Notes under the pieces: generated by a model
Seen by the model: only the letters and a program-made list of their open reading frames with translations
Databases searched by the model: none
What the model was told of the DNA's origin: nothing
Shown: one piece after another, positions 46,327 through 57,269 of the stretch
Layout of the letters: each line of letters begins with the position of its first letter
How positions within the stretch are numbered: position 1 is the stretch's first letter
IMG/VR virus record: IMGVR_UViG_3300042945_002173
Length of the DNA stretch: 64,000 nt
Direction: 5' to 3' (one strand)
From: a virus
Made by a program: the position numbers and the translations under genes

Positions 46327-47774
46327 TGGCACTTAATCCTTTCTTTTTACAGGGAACATCTTCTGAACAAAGACTTATTCAGGATTTGGTAAATGAGCAT
46401 CTTAGAATGCATGGAATTGAGGTTGTTTATATTCCAAGAAAATTTGTTAATAGAAAAACTATCATAGAAGAAGTACAAACTTCTAGATTTGATGATAACT
46501 TTGCAATTGAAGCATATGTAAACTCATATGATGGGTATTCTGGGGCAGGAGATATTTTAACAAAGTTTGGAATGAGTTTGAGGGATGAATTATTAATTAC
46601 AATCTCAAAGGAAAGATTTGAAGATTTTATTGCACCATTTCTAGGTGCATTGGATGATGGTAGTGGTGAAGGTGAAGTTATTTTAAGCACTAGACCAAGA
46701 GAAGGAGATTTAATTTATTTTCCTCTTGGTCAAAGACTTTTTGAAGTTAAATTTGTAGAACATGAACAACCTTTTTACCAATTAGGTAAGAATTATGTTT
46801 ATGAATTAAAATGTGAACTCTTTGAATATGAAGACGAGATTATTGATACCTCTATCGATGAAATTGATACCCAAGTTCAGGAAGAAGGTTATATTACAAC
46901 TTTAAAATTGATTGGAGTTGGTAGAACAGCAACAGCATCAGGATCAATACTTGGTTCAGTTGGTTCGGGTTATATTAAACAAATTTTCTTAAATAATGAT
47001 GGTTATGGATATACTTCCTCACCAATAGTTGCAATAAGTAGTTCACCAACAGGATTATCTGGGGATAATGCAACGGCAGTTGCTATTACGACAGTTAGAG
47101 GTGGAGTTAGATCTGTTGAGAGAATTTACTTGACAAATGCTGGTGCAGGTTATACTGTTCCACCAACCATAACGATTTCTGGTGGAGGAGGGGCAGGTGC
47201 TGCTGCAACATGTTCAATAGAAACAACTTATAATGGTGTTATAAGATTTACTATAAATGATTCAGGTGTTGGATATGGAACTGCACCAGTTGTTACAGTC
47301 TCCGCACCTGGGCAATTATCAATTAATGGTATAGGACAAACTGCTGTTGGTATTGCTTCCATGGGTATAGTTGGTAGTTCAAACGTTGTAAGAGCAATAT
47401 ATGTTTCTAATCCTGGTTTTGGATATACTTCAGCACCAACAATAACTATTGCAAATCCAGAAACACTTACTGGATTTGGAACTTATCTGTTTAATGAGGT
47501 TATAAGAGGTTCTAGATCACAAATTAGAGCAAGAGTTAAAAGTTGGGACAAAGATACTAATATTCTTAAAATTTCAAATGTTGGAATTGGTGCGACACAA
47601 CTTACATTTATACCAGGTGAAACGATCATTGGAACAGAATCGGGAGCTCTTTACACTGTTCAAGGTTTTGAAAGAATGGATACATATGATAAATATAGTC
47701 AAAATGATGAGATTGAAGAAGAAGCAGATCTCATTGTAGATTTTTCAGAATCAAATCCTTTTGGTAATTACTAA
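46326..47774 (+). CDS. g14: Neck protein gp14
   Basis: PREGDLIYFP, PFYQLGK; C-terminal FSESNPFG. Confidence 0.9.
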   Translation: MALNPFFLQGTSSEQRLIQDLVNEHLRMHGIEVVYIPRKFVNRKTIIEEVQTSRFDDNFAIEAYVNSYDGYSGAGDILTKFGMSLRDELLITISKERFEDFIAPFLGALDDGSGEGEVILSTRPREGDLIYFPLGQRLFEVKFVEHEQPFYQLGKNYVYELKCELFEYEDEIIDTSIDEIDTQVQEEGYITTLKLIGVGRTATASGSILGSVGSGYIKQIFLNNDGYGYTSSPIVAISSSPTGLSGDNATAVAITTVRGGVRSVERIYLTNAGAGYTVPPTITISGGGGAGAAATCSIETTYNGVIRFTINDSGVGYGTAPVVTVSAPGQLSINGIGQTAVGIASMGIVGSSNVVRAIYVSNPGFGYTSAPTITIANPETLTGFGTYLFNEVIRGSRSQIRARVKSWDKDTNILKISNVGIGATQLTFIPGETIIGTESGALYTVQGFERMDTYDKYSQNDEIEEEADLIVDFSESNPFGNY

Positions 47775-48574
47775 TGTTAGGAACCTATTATTATCACGAA
47801 ATTATAAGAAAGACCATAATTGCTTTCGGTACACTTTTTAATCAAATTCATATTCGTCACACTGATCAGAGTGGAAATAACGTTAGTGATATGAGGGTTC
47901 CTATTGCTTATGGTCCAAGACAAAAATTTCTTGCGAGAATTCAACAGCAACCAGAATTAAATAAAGCAACACAAATTTCGTTACCAAGAATGTCATTTGA
48001 GATGACTTCTATTCAATACGACCCAACAAGGAAAACAAGTGTAACTCAAACATTTAAAGCATGTGATGATGGTGGAAAAATAAAAAAAGTTTTTATGCCT
48101 GTTCCATATAATATTGGATTCGAATTAAATATTTTAACTAAGTTAAATGATGATGCTTTGCAGATCGTAGAGCAAGTTTTACCGTATTTTCAACCAGGAT
48201 TTAATTTAACAATAGATTTAGTTGATTCTATTGGTGAACAAAGGGATATTCCCATGGTTTTAGAAAATATATCTTTTCAGGATGATTATGAGGGTGATTT
48301 TTCTACCAGAAGAGCTTTAATATATACTTTATCATTTACAGCAAAGACTTATCTGTTTGGACCAATTGCAGAAAGTTCAGAAGGTCTTATTCGCAAGGTA
48401 CAGGTTGATCTTTATACAAATACCGATGTTGCTAATGCTAAACGTGAAGTAAGATATACAGTTACTCCTGATCCTTATGATGCAAATCCAGATGATGACT
48501 TCGGATTTAATGAAAATTGGGAATTCTTTGGAGACTCAAAAGAATTTAGTCCAACTCGTAAAATAGATATCTAA
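47774..48574 (+). CDS. g15: Tail sheath stabiliser/terminator gp15
   Basis: FGTLFN, VPIAYGP, LPRMSFE. Confidence 0.92.
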   Translation: MLGTYYYHEIIRKTIIAFGTLFNQIHIRHTDQSGNNVSDMRVPIAYGPRQKFLARIQQQPELNKATQISLPRMSFEMTSIQYDPTRKTSVTQTFKACDDGGKIKKVFMPVPYNIGFELNILTKLNDDALQIVEQVLPYFQPGFNLTIDLVDSIGEQRDIPMVLENISFQDDYEGDFSTRRALIYTLSFTAKTYLFGPIAESSEGLIRKVQVDLYTNTDVANAKREVRYTVTPDPYDANPDDDFGFNENWEFFGDSKEFSPTRKIDI

Positions 48575-48580
48575 TAAATT

Positions 48581-49000
48581 ATGTCAAATAACTATGATAG
48601 CATTGACAATGCCTTGAATATAAAAAGTGAAATAGTTAATGTTGAAAAAGAAACTCCAATTGTTAAGGTTGAAAGTTCTAGTAATGACATTAAAAAAGAT
48701 TATGAATATACAAGAGCAAATTTATATTCTCTTATAGAAAAGGGGCAAGAAGCCATTAATGGAATAATGGAACTTGCAGCAGAGAGTGATCAACCAAGAG
48801 CATATGAAGTTGCTGGTCAGTTGATTAAGAGTGTAGGTGATGTAACAGATAAATTGATTGACTTACAAAAGAAATTAAAAGATGTTGAGGAAGATACTGT
48901 AAAAACAACTAATAATGTTACTAATAATGCAGTGTTTGTTGGATCAACTTCGGAACTTTCAAAGTTACTTAAACAAGGTTTTCTAAATAATAAAGAATAG
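48581..49000 (+). CDS. g16: Terminase small subunit gp16
   Basis: DYEYTR, PRAYEVAGQL, VFVGST.EL. Confidence 0.9.
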   Translation: MSNNYDSIDNALNIKSEIVNVEKETPIVKVESSSNDIKKDYEYTRANLYSLIEKGQEAINGIMELAAESDQPRAYEVAGQLIKSVGDVTDKLIDLQKKLKDVEEDTVKTTNNVTNNAVFVGSTSELSKLLKQGFLNNKE

Positions 49001-49010
49001 ATTTTTTCTT

Positions 49011-50768
49011 ATGAGTTGGTCTAACGATTATAAAAAATCAATAGACTGTGGAAATCCAAAAGGATTTTCGCAAAAGGCACATTGTGCTGCTCGTAGGAAA
49101 AGAAAAAGAGGTGAAGAAACCAAGTCTAAATCACCATTTAGCGAACAAAAAGAAATGAGCGAAACCCGTTACTGTAAGTTGTGTAGGAAAATAGAGCAAA
49201 GGGATGGATGCTCCTATGGACCTTTAATGTGGGATAGATATTCTACGCCGATTCTTACCATGAATCAGATTAAATATGATCGAAACCGACCTCATCCTGC
49301 CAATGAGTCAAAAGATCATGAATATTCAATGGCTCGCTCAGAGTTATCAACCATTGCGAAGGCGACTAAAAAACTTCAGAAAAAAATGAAGAAAGGTGAG
49401 GGTGAGATTGAAGCATGGGTTCAATCAAAGATTACAAAAGCAGCAGACTATATTGATACGGCAGCAGATTATGTAGATAGTGGTGAAATGAATAAAGAAG
49501 AAGTTGAAATATTAGAAGGTAAGAGAGACGGGAAATCAGCAAAAGATAAAGATTATTCTCTTCGTGATTGGTTTAAAGGTGGTGGATGGGTTCAAGCAGG
49601 TGGTAAGTATGATGGAAAACCTTGTGCTAAACAACCTGGACAAAAAACAAAACCATTCTGCCGCGATGCTGACGATAGAGCATCAATGAGTAAGGAAGAA
49701 AGAAATAAAAGAGCAGCAAAAAAACGTAAAGAAGACCCAAATCCAAATAGAAAAGGAAAGGCAAAGTTTGTAACTGTTGAACAAGTTGATGCCAGTAAGT
49801 ATGGAAAAACCCCAGATCAGATCTTACAGGATATTATAGATAAAGATAAAAAAGGACCAAACAAATACGGTGGTGGACAAGTAATTAAAACTGGTTTACA
49901 AAAAGCACATTTTGAACCAGAAGGTGAACAACTAGATGAACTGTGGGGTAAAGTTGCTATCGGTGCAGGTGCTGCCTTTATTCCATATCTTTTAAAAAAG
50001 TTCGCAAAACCAGCAGTTGATAAAGCAATTGATTCTCCTGCAACTGGTTCTGATGATTTGATTGATAAAATGAAGCAAAAAAGAGATGCTATTAATAAAG
50101 CAACTCAAAAAAATTCTTATGAACCAGAAGGTGATATGGTAGAAGAAAAAGACGCTTGTTATAAGAAGGTAAAGGCAAGGTATGATGTTTGGCCAAGTGC
50201 ATATGCTTCTGGCGCACTAGTCAAGTGCCGCAAAGTTGGTGCAAAAAATTGGGGAAATAAAACTAAAAAAGAAGGATATGAATTTTCTAATTGGAGAGAT
50301 GAATTCTTCCCAACAGAAGTTGAATCTGTAAATATTATTGAACCACAACCATTACAACCATCAAAGGGTATTGGAAGTGAAATTTTAGATGAGGCAGGTA
50401 AAAAGTGCTGGAAAGGTTACAAAAAATCAGGAACACAAGAACTGTTTGGTAAAACTTACAACCGTTGTGTAAAGGAAGGATATTCTGATTGGAGAACAGA
50501 GATTTCCGAAGATTGGCAATCAGTAAATCGTAAAGATAAAACTGATGGTCTAAGTCAAGCAGCAGTTGATGCTTATCGTCGTGAGAATCCAGGTTCAAAA
50601 CTTCAAACTGCGGTAACTGAAAAGAAACCAAAAGGAAAGAGAGCAAAGCGTCGTGCTAATTTCTGCCGACGTATGAAAGGGATGAAATCAAAACTCACAT
50701 CATCAAAAACAGCAAGAGATCCAGATTCAAGAATTAACAAAGCATTACGCCGTTGGAGGTGCAGATAA
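49011..50768 (+). CDS. Modular Lys-rich protein built of short phage-type modules
   Basis: SIDC.NPKGFSQKAHC, DHEYSMAR, SLRDWF, DACY.KVK..Y.VWPSAY, KCWKGY, NFC.RM.G...RW.C. Confidence 0.7.
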   Translation: MSWSNDYKKSIDCGNPKGFSQKAHCAARRKRKRGEETKSKSPFSEQKEMSETRYCKLCRKIEQRDGCSYGPLMWDRYSTPILTMNQIKYDRNRPHPANESKDHEYSMARSELSTIAKATKKLQKKMKKGEGEIEAWVQSKITKAADYIDTAADYVDSGEMNKEEVEILEGKRDGKSAKDKDYSLRDWFKGGGWVQAGGKYDGKPCAKQPGQKTKPFCRDADDRASMSKEERNKRAAKKRKEDPNPNRKGKAKFVTVEQVDASKYGKTPDQILQDIIDKDKKGPNKYGGGQVIKTGLQKAHFEPEGEQLDELWGKVAIGAGAAFIPYLLKKFAKPAVDKAIDSPATGSDDLIDKMKQKRDAINKATQKNSYEPEGDMVEEKDACYKKVKARYDVWPSAYASGALVKCRKVGAKNWGNKTKKEGYEFSNWRDEFFPTEVESVNIIEPQPLQPSKGIGSEILDEAGKKCWKGYKKSGTQELFGKTYNRCVKEGYSDWRTEISEDWQSVNRKDKTDGLSQAAVDAYRRENPGSKLQTAVTEKKPKGKRAKRRANFCRRMKGMKSKLTSSKTARDPDSRINKALRRWRCR

Positions 50769-51076
50769 TGAAAAGTTTTCAGCAGTTTATTTCAGAAAGT
50801 ATCACCATCAATGGTGATTTTAATGGAACTCTCAATGTAGGTTCCCCTCAACCCGAACAAGCAAGCGAGTCTTTCTTTGCTGATGTAGTTTGGGAAGGAA
50901 AGATGTATCGTTTAGAAGTAGAAGGCAAAATTCTTTCTAAGAATGAACTAGCAGAGCAAATTCAAGGAGAATATCCTGGTGCAATTGTTCATAACGTTTA
51001 TCCAAGTCAGGTAAATACTTCAAGAATTAAAAACGCACAAAGGTATCAACCAGAAAGATTGTCTTGGAGTGAGTGA
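50768..51076 (+). CDS. Hypothetical protein with capsid-targeting-like N-terminus
   Basis: MKSFQQFISE start. Confidence 0.65.
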   Translation: MKSFQQFISESITINGDFNGTLNVGSPQPEQASESFFADVVWEGKMYRLEVEGKILSKNELAEQIQGEYPGAIVHNVYPSQVNTSRIKNAQRYQPERLSWSE

Positions 51077-51079
51077 TTA

Positions 51080-52456
51080 ATGGCACAATTTAATAAAAAT
51101 ACTCAAGATTTTTTAAATCAAGAGAGAACTCTTTTTGAAGTGAATATGATCGCTAATAAAAATGGCGAGGTAGTTACACTTGACAACCCATTTCCAGTTA
51201 CTGGGACAATGGGAATTTCTACATCATCAACAGTATCAGTTACTCTACCTTCAACATCAACTGATGCATTTGGTAGACAAAGAATGTCTACCCCACTCAC
51301 ACTTTTTGATAGTTCCCACAGATACAGGGACAATAATCTTTGGAGTAGTTTAGTTGTTGGTACTGGTTCCACAGTTGGATTTGTAACGGCACAAGGTCTG
51401 ATCAATATTACTGTTGGTGTTGGAAGCACTGCATCAGTCATCAGAGAAACGACAAAAGTATTTTCATATCAACCAGGAAAATCATTACAAATATTAAATA
51501 CATTTGTATTCAACCCATCAAAAACAAATCTTCGCCAAAGAGTAGGATACTTTGGTGCAGATAATGGGATGTATTTGGAACTTGATGGAAGTAATTTATA
51601 TTTTGTAGAAAGAACATATGTTCCAGGAATTACAACAGAAACAAGAGTAGCACAAGCAAACTGGAACATTGATACAATGCTTGGTGCTGGACATTTAAAT
51701 CCATCTGGTGTCACATTAGATATTAGCAAAGCACAGATTATGTGGATGGATATTGAATGGTTAGGACTTGGAACTGTAAGACTAGGATTTGTAGTTAATG
51801 GGCAGTTTATTCATTGCCATTCATTCCATCACGCAAATATTATCAATACAACTTATATTACAACAGCATCATTACCTTTGAGATATGAGATTGCAAATAC
51901 CGGAATTACAACTAGTGCTAGCACACTCAAACAAGTTTGTTCTACTGTAATTTCAGAAGGTGGTTATGAACTTCGTGGATTGCAACAAGCAGTAGGAACA
52001 CCAGTTCAAACACCAGTCGATTTAACAACAGCAGGAACTTATTATACAGTTATATCAATTCGCCTCAAAGCAACACCAAATAGATTAGATGCAATTGTAA
52101 TTCTAACTGCACTTTCAATTCTTGGTATTACAAATAATGCAACTTATAACTGGCAAGTAAGAGCAACTGGAATATCTAATGGTGGAACTTGGACTGATAC
52201 TGGTCTCGATAGTGCTGTTGAATATAAGATTGATGGAGGAACTTATAGTGGTGGAAGAATATTAGCATCTGGATATCTGTACGGTTCCAATCAAGGTTCA
52301 ACGCCAGTAGATATTCTTAAAGAAGCATTATTTAAGTTCCAGTTAGAAAGGGATGCGTTAAGTGGAACACCATATGAACTTTCTATTGTATGTGCCTCTG
52401 ATGCTAATGGTGCAGATATTCACGCATCAATGGACTGGGAAGAAATTAGTAGGTAA
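51080..52456 (+). CDS. Hypothetical beta-rich protein, probably virion-associated
   Basis: 458-aa ORF in the late cluster. Confidence 0.65.
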   Translation: MAQFNKNTQDFLNQERTLFEVNMIANKNGEVVTLDNPFPVTGTMGISTSSTVSVTLPSTSTDAFGRQRMSTPLTLFDSSHRYRDNNLWSSLVVGTGSTVGFVTAQGLINITVGVGSTASVIRETTKVFSYQPGKSLQILNTFVFNPSKTNLRQRVGYFGADNGMYLELDGSNLYFVERTYVPGITTETRVAQANWNIDTMLGAGHLNPSGVTLDISKAQIMWMDIEWLGLGTVRLGFVVNGQFIHCHSFHHANIINTTYITTASLPLRYEIANTGITTSASTLKQVCSTVISEGGYELRGLQQAVGTPVQTPVDLTTAGTYYTVISIRLKATPNRLDAIVILTALSILGITNNATYNWQVRATGISNGGTWTDTGLDSAVEYKIDGGTYSGGRILASGYLYGSNQGSTPVDILKEALFKFQLERDALSGTPYELSIVCASDANGADIHASMDWEEISR

Positions 52457-52461
52457 TTATT

Positions 52462-54138
52462 ATGAGTGAAGTTTATCTTGGTAATCCCAATCTAAAAAAA
52501 GCAAATACTCAAATTGAATTTACAGAAGAACAAATTATTGAGTTCCTCAAATGTAAAGAAGATCCTGTTTATTTTGCAAGGAATTATATTAAGATTGTGT
52601 CTCTTGATCACGGTCTAGTTCCTTTTGAGATGTATCCTTTTCAGGAAAGATTGATTGAAAACTTTCATAAGAATAGATTTAACATCTGTAAGATGCCCCG
52701 ACAGACGGGTAAGTCTACTACTTGTGTATCATATCTTTTACATTATGCAGTTTTTAACGATAATGTTAATATTGCAATTCTAGCAAACAAAGCATCAACT
52801 GCTAGGGATCTTCTTGGAAGATTACAACTTGCTTACGAAAACTTGCCTAAATGGATGCAACAAGGTATTATATCTTGGAATAAGGGTAGTTTAGAATTAG
52901 AAAATGGCTCCAAGATTTCATCTAACTCTACTTCTTCATCTGCTGTCCGAGGCGGATCCTATAATGTCATCTTTCTTGACGAGTTCGCTTTCATCCCGAA
53001 TCACATTGCTGATGACTTCTTTGCCTCTGTTTATCCTACTATTTCTTCTGGACAGAGCACGAAAGTAATTATCGTATCTACTCCACGCGGTATGAATCAC
53101 TTCTACCGAATGTGGCATGATGCTGAAAGATCAAAAAATGAATACGTGCCAACTGATGTTCATTGGTCAGAAGTTCCTGGTAGGGATGAGTTATGGAAAC
53201 AGCAAACTATTGCCAACACTTCTGAGCAGCAGTTTAAGGTTGAGTTTGAGTGTGAATTCTTAGGATCTGTCAATACTCTCATTAATCCATCCAAACTAAG
53301 AAATTTAGTTTATGAGGATCCAATTAAAAGAAATGCTGGACTAGACATTTATCAAAATCCAATAGAAGAAAATAATTATCTGATAACTGTGGACGTTGCC
53401 AGAGGTCTAGGTAATGATTACTCTGCTTTTATTGTTTTTGATATTACACAGTTTCCATACAAAGTTGTAGCAAAGTATAGAAATAATGAAATTAAACCGA
53501 TGTTATTTCCAAGTATTATTCACGAAGTAGCAAAGGCATATAATAATTCTTGGTTGTTAATTGAGGTTAATGATATTGGTGATCAGGTTGCTAATATTTT
53601 ACATTTTGATTTAGAATATGATAACGTTCTTATGTGTGCAATGAGAGGACGTGCTGGGCAAATTGTTGGATCTGGATTTAGTGGAAAGAAATCTCAACTT
53701 GGGGTAAGAATGACTTCTGCCGTTAAGAAGTTGGGTTGCTCTAATTTAAAGACTTTGTTGGAAGATGATAAGTTACTGACTGTTGATTATGACATTATAT
53801 CAGAACTTACAACATTTGCACAGAGGCACAATTCTTTTGAAGCGGAAGAGGGATGTAATGATGACCTTGCAATGTGTTTAGTTATTTTTTCTTGGTTAGT
53901 TGCTCAGGATTACTTCAAGGAAATGACGGACAATGATGTTCGTAAGAGAATTTATGAGGAACAGAAAAATCAGATAGAACAGGATATGGCACCTTTTGGA
54001 TTTATTCTAGATGGTTTGGATGATGATACATTTATAGATGAGGTAACTGGTGATAGATGGATGCTTGCGAAAAAATCAGAAGATAATTGGAATTTGGATG
54101 AGTATGGTGATAGATCTTATATGTGGGAATATAGATAA
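52462..54138 (+). CDS. g17: Terminase large subunit gp17
   Basis: PRQTGKST Walker A, IFLDEFAF, DVARG, DDL. Confidence 0.96.
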   Translation: MSEVYLGNPNLKKANTQIEFTEEQIIEFLKCKEDPVYFARNYIKIVSLDHGLVPFEMYPFQERLIENFHKNRFNICKMPRQTGKSTTCVSYLLHYAVFNDNVNIAILANKASTARDLLGRLQLAYENLPKWMQQGIISWNKGSLELENGSKISSNSTSSSAVRGGSYNVIFLDEFAFIPNHIADDFFASVYPTISSGQSTKVIIVSTPRGMNHFYRMWHDAERSKNEYVPTDVHWSEVPGRDELWKQQTIANTSEQQFKVEFECEFLGSVNTLINPSKLRNLVYEDPIKRNAGLDIYQNPIEENNYLITVDVARGLGNDYSAFIVFDITQFPYKVVAKYRNNEIKPMLFPSIIHEVAKAYNNSWLLIEVNDIGDQVANILHFDLEYDNVLMCAMRGRAGQIVGSGFSGKKSQLGVRMTSAVKKLGCSNLKTLLEDDKLLTVDYDIISELTTFAQRHNSFEAEEGCNDDLAMCLVIFSWLVAQDYFKEMTDNDVRKRIYEEQKNQIEQDMAPFGFILDGLDDDTFIDEVTGDRWMLAKKSEDNWNLDEYGDRSYMWEYR

Positions 54139-54375
54139 ATGGATTTTGATATAGACGATCAAATTAATACACAACACTTATTATTTCTAGAAAGAACTTG
54201 TAGGATTTGTGGAGAAACAAAAAGTTTGATAGATGACTTTTATCTCACTCGTAAAGGTAGGGGTGCATTTCCTTCGGCATATGCATATGAGTGCAAAGAG
54301 TGTACAAAGAAAAGAGTTATATCGAATAGAAAAGGTACTTTAAAAGTAGTTGAGTGGGAATATCCTGATTGGTAA
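54139..54375 (+). CDS. Small Zn-finger protein
   Basis: CRIC...CKEC. Confidence 0.65.
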   Translation: MDFDIDDQINTQHLLFLERTCRICGETKSLIDDFYLTRKGRGAFPSAYAYECKECTKKRVISNRKGTLKVVEWEYPDW

Positions 54376-54457
54376 TCGTGTTCATTGATTGTTTCCCCAA
54401 TGAAAGTAGTCTTTTTCATAAATATTTTCAGATTAATTCTGGAAACGGAGAATAAAG

Positions 54458-56626
54458 ATGCCTCTAAATTTAGCATCTCCTGGAATTGTAGTAAGAGAGG
54501 TTGATTTAACTATTGGTAGGGTAGATCCAGTTTCTGGTTCTGTTGCGGCACTTGTTGCACCATTCGCAAAGGGACCTGTAGATCTTCCTCAATTAATAGA
54601 AAATGAGAATGATCTCTATCAGACTTTTGGTCAACCATATTCTACGGATAAGCATTATGAGAACTGGATGGTAGCATCCTCATATCTTGCTTATGGCGGG
54701 GTAATGAGAATTAGCAGATCAGATGATACTCTTCTGAAAAATGCTTTTGTTGGTGCAGCTTCGAGTGTAAAAATTAAAAGTGGTGAGCATTATAATCAAT
54801 TAGGATATGATGAAAATACTATCACTAATGTAACCTTTGCTGCAAAGAATCCTGGTACTTGGGCGAATGGAATTAAGGTTGCAATTATCGATGCGAAAGC
54901 AGACCAAATTTTAACAGGAGTTACAACAACTAATGTTCAAGTTGGTTATGGATTTACAGTTGCTATTCCATCTGGAACAATTTTACCAGGTGTTGGATCA
55001 ACTTCTTTAATTGGTGGATATTTTAAAGGTGTTATTACAGAAGTTGGAACTTCTCGAATTTCTACCAAACTTGTAAGTGTTGTCTCTGCTGCTGGTACAG
55101 AAACCGCAGTTGATTATCAGCAAAATGGCGTTTATGCACTTCCAAACACTGGTACTGTTGCCATTCATACTAACGGGCAGTCATCAGCATTTGCATCAAG
55201 AGCATACACAGGAGAAGCAGATTGGTTTGAGCAGCAAAGCATTACTCTTAGTGTAGGAAGCATTGAGTGGGATACTATTTCAAATAGACCATCTACTTCT
55301 GCATATGTTTCCGGAAGAGGCGGTAGATTTGATGAAGTTCACGTTGTTGTAATTGATGATTTGGGAACTATTACAGGAAATGCTGGAAGTATTCTTGAGA
55401 AGCATCTAAACCTTTCTAAGGCAACTGATGCAGAATATTCAGTAGGAAGTCCTTCTTATTGGAGAAAGTATCTTGAGACCAATTCGCAATATGTATTTGG
55501 TGGTTCTCAACCAGTTGGGGTTGTTACAACTGGATTTAGTGGAAACGGTTCTGCACAATTTGAATTAAATACAGATACTGGTTGGGATCAAGATGCCGCT
55601 GGTGTAATCTTTGCAGGCACTGGATCAAATACTTATACAATGGCAGGTGGTACAAATTATGGTGGAAAAACCGATCTAACAACATCAGGTGCTCTAAATT
55701 CTGGTTTAGACGATATTGTAAGTGGTTTAACTCTATTTGAAAATACTGAGGAATATGAAGTAGACTTCATTTTGATGGGATCAGCAAACTATGAAAAAGA
55801 AGATGCTCAGGCACTTGCCAATAAGTGTATTGCTGTTGCAGAAGTTAGAAAAGATGCAGTCGCATTTATTTCACCTTATAGAAAAGCATTCCTGAATGAT
55901 TCTTCTGTTGGAACTGTAACTGTTAATAGTGTAGATACAATCACAGACAATATTATAAGTTTCTATTCGCCAGTAACATCATCAACTTATGGTGTATTTG
56001 ATAGTGGTTATAAGTATATGTACGACCGCTTTAATGATACTTTCCGTTATGTTCCATTGAATGGTGATATTGCTGGAACTTGTGCAAGAACTGATATTCA
56101 ACAGTTCCCTTGGTTCTCACCAGCAGGAACTTCAAGAGGTGCAATTCTTAATGCAGTTAAACTCGCATATAATCCAGGTAAGAGTCAAAGAGATATTCTG
56201 TATTCAAACAGAATTAACCCAGTCATCTTTTCACCAGGTGCTGGAATTATCCTGTTCGGTGATAAAACTGGATTTGCTAAGTCATCTGCATTTGATAGAA
56301 TTAATGTTCGTAGACTCTTTATTTACCTCGAAGATGCTATTTCCGCTGCGGCGAAAGATTTCCTCTTTGAGTTCAATGATGAAATCACAAGAACAAGTTT
56401 TGTAAATATTGTTGAACCATTTCTCCGCGATGTTCAATCTAAGAGAGGTATTTTTGATTATGTTGTTATTTGTGATGAAACAAATAATACAGCAGCAGTT
56501 ATTGATTCAAATGAATTTGTTGCTGACATTTATATTAAACCAGCAAGATCGATTAATTATATCGGTCTAACCTTCATTGCCACCAGAACTGGTGTTGCTT
56601 TTGAAGAAGTAATCGGTTCAGTTTAA
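54458..56626 (+). CDS. g18: Tail sheath protein gp18
   Basis: SPGIVVREVD, WFSPAG..RG, FDRINVRRLF. Confidence 0.96.
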   Translation: MPLNLASPGIVVREVDLTIGRVDPVSGSVAALVAPFAKGPVDLPQLIENENDLYQTFGQPYSTDKHYENWMVASSYLAYGGVMRISRSDDTLLKNAFVGAASSVKIKSGEHYNQLGYDENTITNVTFAAKNPGTWANGIKVAIIDAKADQILTGVTTTNVQVGYGFTVAIPSGTILPGVGSTSLIGGYFKGVITEVGTSRISTKLVSVVSAAGTETAVDYQQNGVYALPNTGTVAIHTNGQSSAFASRAYTGEADWFEQQSITLSVGSIEWDTISNRPSTSAYVSGRGGRFDEVHVVVIDDLGTITGNAGSILEKHLNLSKATDAEYSVGSPSYWRKYLETNSQYVFGGSQPVGVVTTGFSGNGSAQFELNTDTGWDQDAAGVIFAGTGSNTYTMAGGTNYGGKTDLTTSGALNSGLDDIVSGLTLFENTEEYEVDFILMGSANYEKEDAQALANKCIAVAEVRKDAVAFISPYRKAFLNDSSVGTVTVNSVDTITDNIISFYSPVTSSTYGVFDSGYKYMYDRFNDTFRYVPLNGDIAGTCARTDIQQFPWFSPAGTSRGAILNAVKLAYNPGKSQRDILYSNRINPVIFSPGAGIILFGDKTGFAKSSAFDRINVRRLFIYLEDAISAAAKDFLFEFNDEITRTSFVNIVEPFLRDVQSKRGIFDYVVICDETNNTAAVIDSNEFVADIYIKPARSINYIGLTFIATRTGVAFEEVIGSV

Positions 56627-56646
56627 TTCACTAGAGGTTAAAAATC

Positions 56647-57237
56647 ATGCCAGCTAGAAACCAAATTAACCCACCCCCATTAAGAAAGATTACCGATTTC
56701 AAGAGTAAGTTAACTGGTGGTGGTGCTCGCCCTAATCTCTTTGAGGTTGTTCTAACTTTTCCAGATGCTGCACAACCAAGTACCGATGTTCTTGATAAAT
56801 CAAGATTCTTAGTAAAAGGTGCAAATCTACCAGCATCCAACGTCGCTCAAATTGAAGTTCCTTTTAGAGGAAGAGTATTAAAAATTGCAGGAGACAGAAC
56901 ATTTGATTCTTGGACTGTTACCGTCATCAACGACACTGACTTTGCGATTCGTTCTGCTTTTGAAAAGTGGATGAATGTTATTAACAGAGTGTCTGATAAC
57001 ACAGGTTTAACAAACCCAGCAGATTATCAAGCGGATGCTTATGTTTATCAACTTGATCGTGATGGATCTGCTCTAAGATCCTATCGTTTCTATGATGTGT
57101 TTCCAACTCAGGTTGCTCCTATTGAACTTACATATGATGGTCAAGGAATTGAAGAGTTCACCGTAGAACTTCAAGTTCAATGGTGGGAAGCAATTAAAGG
57201 AACTGGCACAAATGCTGGTGGTGAAGACATCAACTAA
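56647..57237 (+). CDS. g19: Tail tube protein gp19
   Basis: GGARPNLFEV, FRGR..KIAGDRTF..W. Confidence 0.95.
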   Translation: MPARNQINPPPLRKITDFKSKLTGGGARPNLFEVVLTFPDAAQPSTDVLDKSRFLVKGANLPASNVAQIEVPFRGRVLKIAGDRTFDSWTVTVINDTDFAIRSAFEKWMNVINRVSDNTGLTNPADYQADAYVYQLDRDGSALRSYRFYDVFPTQVAPIELTYDGQGIEEFTVELQVQWWEAIKGTGTNAGGEDIN

Positions 57238-57269
57238 ATAATAGAATAACAGGCAAAAAAGATTATACT

